A stretch of DNA of 64,000 nt from assembly GCA_043228905.1 (NCBI GenBank), contig JBHGNT010000003.1:20708001-20772000 (forward strand). The letters are read 5' to 3'. The DNA comes from Azolla caroliniana (taxonomy: Eukaryota > Plantae > Polypodiophyta). A program made the position numbers and the translations under genes. The notes beneath the pieces are model-generated. The model had not been told where the DNA came from, did not search any database, and saw only the letters and a program-made list of their open reading frames with translations. Shown here one piece after another: positions 34,263-44,949 of the stretch (positions are counted from its first letter, which is position 1; the number at the start of each line of letters is the position of its first letter).

Positions 34263-35587
34263 ACGCTCACATACATATGTTACGTATGCGTATGAGGTGA
34301 ATACCTCGATTTCGTTGTAAATGATGTGTTTGGTCTCGTATGCGTAAGAGGTCAATACCTCAATTGCATATTACGATGAACCCTTATTTTTGGATGTTTC
34401 GTTTGCGTTCAGTTATATACCTCGATTACGTATCTCGATTATATCATTTATGGCTATTTGATGTAACGATTTGTTTAATATACGCATATGTGGTCACGTG
34501 TATACGTATTTGATCGTATATATGTGATAATATACATATGTGTATATAAGTTATTACATGATTTTAATATGGAATGTTTTCCTTTTCGGGGAAAGGATCT
34601 TGGTGGCCGCCCTCACATTTTTGTGAGAATGGCATTTTCACCATCCCTTTTGCAACAAGTTTTTGTTGACATCCCCGTTGGTCACTTTGATATTTCGTTA
34701 CGTAATGAAACAATCATAGCCACAATAGTGTTGAGTACGTAGGGCTTGACCCACTTCATGTGAGGTCGCTCCTATGACACACATATCCAACATCCCTCCC
34801 TCATTACATGGATACGATGCCACCATGAGATCATAAGAGGCATTCGCAATGACGTAACCATGTGATGGGCCACGTGGGCCTACTACAAAAAGAGGGCTCA
34901 TTTGGCTTGACCATTAGGTTGCACTTTGGCGTATGCCATCGTAATTACGAGACTTGAGGTTAGGTAACGTACCAACATATTTTGTAGTAAACGAGGGGGA
35001 AATAAGGATTCTTGACATATATGTTTCTTTTAAAAAAACATATATGGGCAAATGCCTTGCATATCTCTTATACGCATGAAACATTAACCATTCAAGAAGA
35101 GCAACCTACTTGGTTGGCTCCATTGTTTAATGCATTTGTTCTCGAGGTCTCGAGTTCAAATATAATCAAGACCATACAACATCATTGATACATTTGACTA
35201 TAACACATGTTTAGACTTGAGGTCTAAGTGCACTTCGGGTTCTCGTAATAAGACTTAAAGAGCCGAAACCACATATGTGGGCACAGAAACATAATTTATT
35301 GTTAACATTTTTTTCGTGTATAAACCACTCATGACGCGAACATACATGGTTGAGCCTTGGGAAGCTATCATGAAAAAATCAATATAGAGATCAGGGAGAG
35401 ACATTAATTTGTCACCCCCATGGTTTTTAAAACACCTTTGTGTTACCAGAGTAACTTGATCTTGAACCTCATCTCATATGTCTAGAGGGGTATTGATGTG
35501 AGATCATGATAACGATTAATGTTTGCCCATGATATGTTTACATCATGACATGATGTTATGACTATTTGTCTGACCTTATCCTATTTC

Positions 35588-38500
35588 TTTGCCAGAAATA
35601 ATCATTCAATGACTCAAAATAACGACCTGATGCCATCTGCTCAAGTGGAAGGAACTCAAGGAAATCCTCATGGACAAATGTCCATTGAGATGTATTTTTC
35701 ACAAATAACCCAATACCTTAGTTTCACCGCTCAACAGATGACCGAACTTCGACAATCTCAAAGTGCTCTCGAGGCACATGTCATTAGTTTACAACGTGAG
35801 ACTAATAGACCTAATGAGCGACAGGGTGAACCATCATTTGTCGTTAAGCCATTTACCAAAGAAAGAAAGGAAAGAACCGAATAAGCAATCTGCACGTGGC
35901 TGGGCCGATGGGAGTCTCATTTTGAGCTCTATCCCACGCCAGATAGTACGAAGATTGCATATGTCGGCCGAGAACTAGGGGGTAAGGCCGCCGCCTGGTG
36001 GCGTTGTCGGGGTAGTTGTGGTTCGTGCGGCGAAATCGCAGGGACTAAGGTTAAAGGGAGTTGACGAAACTTTTATAAGGCTTTGCGCACAAATGTTAGG
36101 AAGATTAAGGATAAGAAGAATAAAGTTTAAAGTAATGTGTGAGAGAGAGATGAGCATAGATACCCAAATGGATGTAGCTCAGTTGGTAAGGTTGCCCAAT
36201 GGAGACCAAGTGGTCATGGGTTCAACCCCTACATTCCACAGTGGCATCTAGTGAAATTGAGATGAAGTATATAATAGAGAGGTGAGGAAATTGGGTTTCG
36301 AACCCAAGACACAGTGTTTGTAGTGTTATCGACTTACCATTAGGGTAAGCTAATTACAATAAAAAAAGAGAGATGAGCATAGATAAAAGATAGAGAAAAT
36401 TTATGATTTAAGAAGAAAGAGTATAAGATATGAACATGATTATATTAAGAAAACAAGTTTTTACCAACATTACAATGCTTTATGACAAGGTGAACCCTTT
36501 CTCTACCGACTCTTGATTTGAACCCTCGACTCGAACTTGGAAACATGAGCCTCTTCACCAACAAGCTAACTTGTTTATTTCATTAATTATGTTCTAACTT
36601 TCTCTTGATTGATTGATTACCCTATTTTCCCTTGATTCATCCCTTAATTCCTTGCCTCTCTTTATAGATTCTGTCATGCATATGATGATATGGGGGTGCA
36701 TGTAATGCATGTGATGCATGATCGCCATTTGGCGTACATGCTTTACATGTGATGCATGATAGCCATCATGCTCATCTAATAGAAATGTATGAAGATACAC
36801 ATGTCATAAGTATGGTGATAAAAACATAACTATAGAAAATAACTTATCCTAATGGTATATGCTTCGTCCTTGGTGTGTGAGGTTACGGGTTCAAGTCTCT
36901 CAAATGTTACTTAATACAATATTCAAGTTTCTTTTTATATCGTGAAGCAAATCCTTCACGACAGCGTGGGCTCCGAACTTTGGGGAAATTGCCCGATACA
37001 TGGACAAATTTTGTCACAGTTTTTAAGGGCCAATTTTTGCAACCTCCCTCTCGAATCGAGGCAGCTCAAGTTTTAATGAACCTCTCTAGCAGGAAATTTT
37101 CTTCGCTAGAAGACTATGTCCACCATGCTAGAACCCAAATCCCAAAATCGGGTCTAGAAGGGGACAATTGGTTAATAGCTTGTTTTGTTAATGGCATCCC
37201 CAATTTGGACTATCACTAGATAGTGCACGATAAGGATCCAAAATCCTTCGAAGAGGCCGTTGAAATAGTTCTTCACTATCAACGCACTTCGAAGAAGGAC
37301 CACAACAAACCCAACGAAGCATCTGGGGACTAAGCAGTCGCAATTCGCTGGGAAATGCAAGACACCCAACGAATTCATGGATCACGATTGTAAGCGACAA
37401 CATCCTTTTTGCGTATTCTGCAAAAAGAAGGGTCATACAAAAGAGCAATGTCGAAAGCTCCAACGGAAAGAGCACGACAACAAAGCTAAAGTTACAGACC
37501 ATAAAGGTCAGAATCCTAATGTCCTTCAGGTCTATATACATCATTTAAGTAATTGTCAATGTTCTTTCCCTCACTATGTATTGGGTCCCAATGATTTACT
37601 ACGTGCAAACAGGTATATCAATGGATCTCTCGTACAATTTTTATTTGATTCGGGAAGCTCACACCCAGCTCACACAACTTTGTGAAAGATTGTTTGGTTC
37701 AGATATGGGGAATCCAACCCACCGTAAGTGATCACACCTATACGGTGCACTTGGTTGATGGAAGAGTACAATACATCAACGGGGCGATTCATTCATTAGG
37801 AATTTCTATTGATACTTATATAGAGGAAGTAGACTTCCATGTAATGAATCTTTGTACCACTGATGTAATACTGGGTTATCCCTAGTTTTATAATAAAAAC
37901 TCTTCTTTATCTATTGATTGGGTTCATCATTCAATAACTTTTGTATTGAATGATTGTACTCATTTTATTCAATGTGTAAAAAAAACAATCCCTCTCGATT
38001 GTTTCCTCTCCATCAATATCCGAGTTATTGTGTACTTGATCCAGACATTCACGTTTACAATATCGATAATGTCTCGGTTCAGTTAACATATTTTGAACAA
38101 CAACAACTTGATGAAATCTTAAATGATTTTCATGATGTTTTTCTGAGTGAACTACCATATGGGTTACCTCCTAAACGTAATATAGACCATCGCATAGATA
38201 TTGTACCTGGCGTTGCACCTATAAGTATACCTCATCGCGTAAGTTGATCTGAAGAGGATGAGGTATTTAAGCAACTCAAGGACTATTTACGAATGGGTTA
38301 TATACGTTATAGTAAATCTCCATGGGGTGCACCAATTCTCTTGGTTACAAAGAAAGAGGGCACATGGCGTATGTGTATTAATTACCGACGCTTGAATAAA
38401 GTGACGATCAAGAATTCGTATCCATTGCCCCGGGCTGACGATCTAATTGACCGTCTCCAGGGAGCTCAGTATTTTACGAAACTTGATCTCCGTACTGGCT

Positions 38501-40910
38501 ACCATCAAATACGTATAAGTGAGGGCGATGTTCCTAAAACGGCATTTCGTATGCGCTATGGCCATTATGAGTTTTTGGTTATGCCTTTTGGTTTGACCAA
38601 TGCTCCGGTTACATTTCAACAAGAAATGAATGACATTTTCCGAGAACAACTTGGAAAATTTGTCGTTATTTTCTTGGATGATATTTTAGTTTATAGTCGT
38701 ACATTACAAGAACATGTTAAACATGTTCGCTTTGTTTTACAAACATTGCGTGACAAACAATTTTATGCGAAGATTTCAAAATGTGAGTTCTTCAAGAAAT
38801 CAATTACTTATCTTGGACATCTCATAATCGAACGAGGAGTTGAAATTGATTCTTCTCGCATCGAGAAAATTAAGCTTTGGCCTACACTTCGGAATATTCG
38901 AGAAGTTCGATCATTCCTTGGGTTTGTCGGGTTTTTGCGAAAATCCCTTCGTAATTACTCCCAATTGACAACGTCGTTTACTGATCTTCTAAAAGGTCAA
39001 ATGCGTAAGTCTACAAAACCTATTGTCTGGAATGCTACACTAGACCTCGCCTTTAAGGAACTCAAGGACCTGGTGTGCAGGGCTCCTTCACTTCTTTTAC
39101 CTGATCCTTCAAAACCTTTTGAGGTTGAAACTGATGCAAGCAATTATGCTATAGGTGTTGTCTTATATCAAGATGGTAAACCAATAACATTCGAGAGTAA
39201 GAAACTTGATTCTGCTCAATGTCGGTATACCGTTCAAGAAAAGGAATTATTTCCAGTTATACATGCGCTCAAAACATGGTGCCATTATCTTTATGGAAAT
39301 CGCTTTGTGGTAACTACGGACCGCGAGTCCTTGAAATATTTTTGTGACCAACAAGACCTGAAAGGTCGTAAGGCACGATGGGTTGGTCTCATCCAGGACT
39401 TTGATTTTTCCATACGATATCGTAAAGGTTCCATGAACACTGTCGTTGATGCACTAAGTCGCATCCGTGAAGTTAACATGCTTAGCTTCACTGAAATAAC
39501 ATTAGATCTTTATGATCACCTTCGAGGAAAGTATCCTGATGACAGTTATTTTGCAAAATATTGGGCAAGAGTTGAGTCTGGAACAGACACCATCACATCC
39601 TCGAAGGAATACTTCCACATTGCTAACGGTCTACTCTACCGTAATGGGAATGTTTGTGTTCCAGAGTTACGCGAGGTCAAAAAGAGGATTCTTTTTTAAT
39701 GCCATGATGCACCCTCAGTAGGGCACCCTAGAATACATCGTACACTCGTTCTCATCTCCACTCAATTCTATTGGCCTAAGATGCGTCCTGACATACATAG
39801 TTATGTGACTAAATGTCACCAATGTCAGGTTAACAAAGCCGAGCGACTTAAATCTGCAAGACTTTTACATCCCTTGGACATTCCCAATAATAAGTGGGAA
39901 AGTATATCCATGGATTTTATTGTTAGCCTTCCTCGCACCCAAAAAGGCCACGATGCCATATGGGTTGTGGTTGATAGACTAACTAAAATGGCTAGATTTA
40001 TTGCTACTAAAACCACGGTAACAGCTCCTGAATTGGCTTACCAATTCGTTGACGAGTTATTTTGTTTTATGGGTTATCGATGGATATCGTGAGTGATCGA
40101 GATCCAAAGTTTACTAGTGACTTCTGGACGCAAGTCTTTAAGAAGTTAGAAACTACATTGAGCATGAGCTCCACGGATCATCCTCAATCCGATGGACAAA
40201 TAGAACGAGTAAATCAAATTATTGAGGACATGCTTCGAGCATACGTTGGTGCAAAACCAACAAAATGGGAACGTTATCTCCCAATTTTGGAGTTTGCTTA
40301 TAATAGCTCCAAGCATACGTCGACGGGATATAGTCCTTTTATGTTGATGTATGGTTTTCAGCCACGAGCCCTGATTGATGTTAATATACATCATGATGAG
40401 TTGCGAAGTACGCAAAACTTTCTTCGGGATATGCAAGATATGTTGCATATTGCACGAGATAATATAAAAACAACTCAAGATAGAGCACGTTTTTATGCCG
40501 ATCATCATAGGCAACCTCGTGTATTCAACCCTGGATAGAAGGTATTTTTACGTGTACCTCACAATTCTAAGACATTATCTAAGGGTAAGTGCGCTAAGTT
40601 AGCCCCACGGTTTTGTGGACCTTTTACAGTCCTCAAACGCATTGGGTCATCAGCATATCGTCTCGCTCTTCCTGATGGTGTTGAAATTCATCCAGTTTTT
40701 CATGTGAGTCATCTAAAAGAACTTCTAGGTTCTGGTGACAATACAATTATAACTGAAACTCTGGTTACTTCTGAAGAATTATCTTCTAAACCACATGTAC
40801 CAGAAAGAATTCTTGATGTTAAAACAAAAAAATTGCGTACTAAAGAAATCCAAGAATTTAAAATAAAATGGATGGATAAATTAATAAAAGATGCCACATG
40901 GGAACGCGTA
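35588..40910 (+). pseudogene. Chromovirus gag-pol (gag, PR, RT, RNaseH, IN, chromodomain), disrupted
   Basis: Gag GKAAAWWR|GLRTLGKLPDTW (split by 36005-36963); CVFCKKKGHTKEQC; LFDSGSSH; [29 protein letters not shown]; IN WESISMDFI, HPQSDGQ; chromodomain PERILD..FKIKW..DATWE. Several stops/frameshifts. Confidence 0.92.
36005..36963 (-). mobile_element. Solo-LTR-like insertion (959 bp) in chromovirus gag
   Basis: Termini TGTCG...TTCACGACA as in inner Gypsy LTRs; 4-bp TSD GCGT at 36001-36004 and 36964-36967; removal restores gag frame. Orientation inferred from termini. Confidence 0.85.
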
Positions 40911-41365
40911 TGTTACTGGCATGACCATATAATATCCTATGGTGAGAATTTACCGTAGTATTCTATACACGTGGATAAGTGTGAGGGTTAAACGAGAGTG
41001 TAAAGACGGGGAGGATTACTTTTAATCCTCAGGATTGAGACAACCCATTAGCCCAAGTGTGAACTTGCCTGAGGGCCTTGGGTATCGCTATAAATAAGAG
41101 GCCTAACTACCCTCATTTCATCATCTGGTTGACTACGTCGAGACTCTATCTTGTGGTGGGTCAACTCTTGTAGCGAGTGCGCCAACACCATGTATGACTC
41201 GACGCCACGACGGTGGTATGGGACGCCGATCGAGGCTCGAGTCCGTCTCGATCCCTTTGCTCGGGGGTGGTCGGGTGGATCGACACCCTTCTTTCTCTCT
41301 CTCCTTTCTATCTAGATCTATCTTTTATCCTTATTTTATGCTTACATTAGTTCATGTCTCTAATA
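40911..41365 (+). repeat. Chromovirus 3' LTR
   Basis: Matches 21028-21482; followed by TSD GACCT. Confidence 0.95.
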
Positions 41366-41399
41366 GACCTCATAGATTTTTTCATGTGCGCAAGCCCTT

Positions 41400-44150
41400 C
41401 ATCATGATATGACTTAGTTTGAGCTATTGGAGGTTTGAGCTCAATGTTGTTAAAATCCACCAAATATGTATGTGTGTGATCTCATATGATGTCTTCTTGT
41501 ATGCATGTGTGATTGCTATAGATTTCAATTGATATGGTTTGTTTGATGTCATCTTATATATTCATGTGTATAAGTACGAACATTGTGGGTTTATGAATAT
41601 GTGAATTAACCCACCGCCACATGAACTACACAAACATAAAAAAATGTGTCTAGGTCCATTCATATTAGAGGATAGGTACATATATTTTTTAAGATCCATA
41701 TGAGAATGTTTGTGATCGATGGGATGGGTTGAACACATAGAAAGAAGCAAACTTGGGTTTTCTAAAATTTGTGACTTAAAATGCTTTGGTCTGAACCATC
41801 AAATGGTGTTGAGAGCATATATGTGTGCAACTTCAAGTGAAGGAGCCGTGGACACAACAATTGTACAAAAAATAACAATAAAAGAAAAGTTCTAGAGATC
41901 AAATGAGTAGTCATTCACTTTGCAATGTTGATGACTCTCAACAAGAGGGTTGTATGAGATGGAACAAATGTATGGCCCACTAGTAATTTTAGAGTTGACT
42001 ATATTCACCTCCGTTTACCATCCTAACCCTACATAAACCAAAGTGTAAAGGAGCATTACATCAATACCAATTGTCAAGGGAATTAATCTCATATTCTTTG
42101 GTTTTGATAACTTTACAAGGCTTAAGATTTCCAATCCTAGAATATTAGTTATAGGCCATATTGTCGTATGTGGGGAACCAACCTTTTATTAGGTAGCAAT
42201 GTCTAATGCCCAATGGGCTTGTGATTTGAAAATGAGACTTTAGGTTTCCAAATTGTGTAGGATGGCTAGAGTTCTCGTGTAAAAAGGGCCTTTGTGTGCC
42301 CCAATGTGAGGGTTACCCTTTGGTCCTCATCCTCTCCCATTTACATCCACTAGAAGTCACTTTACCCCATGTCTCTTTCCAATGTTAATTGATTGGGATA
42401 TAAATATTCCTTATTTGGCAATTATCTATTTAACTAAGATGAACATGCATATTATTAATAGTGTTGTATTTAGGTGTTTGTGTGTGTTAAGGTGCGTTTA
42501 ACTTAAGAAGCCCTCAAGTCTTCCACAATTACATGTAGTGGAGAGGTGAGTGTTTATATGTGTTAAAGTTTAACTTAAGAGGTCATTAGCATTGGGGAAC
42601 AACACCACGAATTAGTGACCCTCGGAACCTTAACACTCCAAGAGATGAGTTGTGTTGGCCCCTTTGAGGAAACTTAGTTCAACAATCACCAAAGAAGTGA
42701 GCTATTGGTCATGCCAAGAATGCAAGGGACCTTCGACACACTCATCAAACTAGGTGGTTGTAATGAAGTAGTGAGTAACTGTCATGAAAGAAAATATGAC
42801 CCCACCTTATGAGATTGAGCATGCACCCAAACATAGAAAAGTTGGTGTGCTTGAGGTAATGGCCAAGAAAGTGTTGCACAAACAAAATACCATCAATCCC
42901 ATATGTTGTCCCAAACTTAAGTAGCCTAGAGAAGAAATGATGGGAAATGGCTTTCATGGGATCCTTAACCTCCCACTATCGTGGATAAAATGTCTCAATG
43001 GATGAGTTGAATTGGATAAATATTAAGTTGTAAAACCTAGAACCTAAACCCTAATACCATTGCCACTGCAAAAGTAAAGAACATGATAAACAATCATCAC
43101 AATCTACATCCATAACCACTTGAGCAATGATATCAACAAGACAAGAAGAGAAAGTTAAGAAACATTAGGAATATTGAAATGACTCTCCTCAAAGCTCGAG
43201 AGGGCTCTAAAACTAACATCGATAATAAGCTATAAACATTCGGGATAGAATTGGCCATCCAATTAGAACAATTGCAACAAGAGGTCGAATATATATTGAC
43301 AACTATGCAAGAATAGCAAGAGAAAATGTAGGAACTCCCATATAAACAAACAATTTTAAATCACCCAACTATAAAGGAGAAGGCAAAGGATTTGAAGATT
43401 GTAGTAAGGATGAAAAATGTGACATGGCTTGGCCTTGAAGGAGGTTCATAATGAAAATGCAAAGAGAAGGAAAGTGGATCAAAAGCCATATGTTCAATCT
43501 TTGATAATAGGATAACCAATTGTTGCTATCAAAGCACCAATATGAAACGCTCCACAAAATGACTAACATAACTTGAAGCCCAAGCCAAGCTCTTCATGTA
43601 CAAAGGCTAAGGATCGAGATAAAATATGGTCTTAGATGCTCTAGACATGTTGAAACCAAGGGACTCTAAACTAGTAGAGAGCAGAAGGTTGAGGTTGGAT
43701 AATGTTATTCTTTGTGAGAGGAGGACATCTATATTAAAATCCTCGTGAAGGTAGCCTCATATGTGTCAATTGTCCAATCAACATAATGGGCATTGACCTA
43801 GGAGGATCTACAAGCCCTCCTACCCAAGAAGGTTTGCAAAACCAACTATGGAGAAACCCGAAGAAAGCTAGTAATTTTCACGCACGAAGGAAAACACGCA
43901 CCACACCTTTGGGGCAAGAGTATAAAGCATTAGAAGAAGATTAATCTTTGTGGGAACGAGTGACATGGGAACGAGGAAAATGATAGAACAAGAAGGATGG
44001 TGACGAAGAAAACATTGGTTTACATCTAGGTGGAGGTTGCCGATAGCTATGGCTCTTCGTGGAAGGGAGCTAGCAAGAATAGGTCATTGATCAAGTGCGG
44101 TTATGGTTAATGCATTTGGTTTGGTAGTTGCTCTTCTGCAAACATAACAA
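41400..44150. mobile_element. Probable old, decayed retroelement-derived sequence
   Basis: Purine-rich, gag-like composition on + (43000-44050) without intact ORF; weak support. Confidence 0.25.
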
Positions 44151-44479
44151 ATGAGACTTAGACCAACTCCCATATCAAGCTACCGACACACACACACACA
44201 CGCACACACACACATGCACAAACACAAGGTCTAACAACAACGCTCACGATTATCATTTGGGTTAGGGTGGGTTACAACCAAGGTCTCTTCGAGACAATTC
44301 CAAACGAATGCATCTGGTCAGGTGCTCAGTTCTACCAAGTAGCTTCTCGCCTAAGTTAAACTAGTATAGTTGTATGTATAGGTAGAGTAGAGGCTCTCGA
44401 CGAGCACAAGCAATACTCTCCTCCTCTCGATTCTAATTTCTACACTCCAAGCTCATAGCCTCATCCTGAGAAGGGGAAA

Positions 44480-44850
44480 ATTCAAAATAAAAATAAAAAG
44501 ATGAATAAATAAACAAACAAACAAACAAATAGATAAATAAGCATACAAGCAAGCAAGCAAATAAATATATTAAAAATAAAAATAAAAAGATGAATAAACA
44601 AACAAACAAACAAATAGATAAATAAGCATACAAGCAAGCAAGCAAATAAATATATTAAAAATAAAAATAAAAAGATGAATAAATAAATAAATAAACAAAC
44701 AAACAAACAAATAGATAAATAAGCATATATGTATATGTACATGATACAAACAAACAAACAAGTAAATATATTAAAAATAAAAATAAAAAGTTGAATAAAT
44801 AAATAAATAAATAAATAAATAAGTAATATATATATATATATATATATGAA
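44480..44850. repeat. A-rich compound tandem repeat (~72-80-bp units of AAAT/AAAC/AAGC) ending in (TA)n
   Basis: AAAATAAAAATAAAAAGATGAATAAA...AAACAAACAAATAGATAAATAAGCATA repeated about 4 times directly upstream of the ATG at 44899. Confidence 0.92.
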
Positions 44851-44898
44851 GGGTGTGTGCTTTTGGGCGAAGAGAAACAGAGACAGTCAGAGACAGAG

Positions 44899-44917
44899 AT
44901 GGCGTCTCGCGACGATG

Positions 44918-44949
<32 letters not shown>

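Larger units (their letters stand above)
21028..41365 (+). mobile_element. Ty3/Gypsy chromovirus (outer element of nest), decayed
   Basis: 455-bp LTRs 21028-21482 and 40911-41365 (about 21 mismatches by eye); TSD GACCT at 21023-21027 and 41366-41370; iMet-type PBS TGGTATTAGAGCC after 5' LTR; gag-pol ~35590-40910 with chromodomain. Confidence 0.95.

Noticed and set aside
36169-36238. Functional tRNA gene
   Set aside because: A/B boxes present but no convincing anticodon arm or T-run terminator; kept only as a tRNA-like module.
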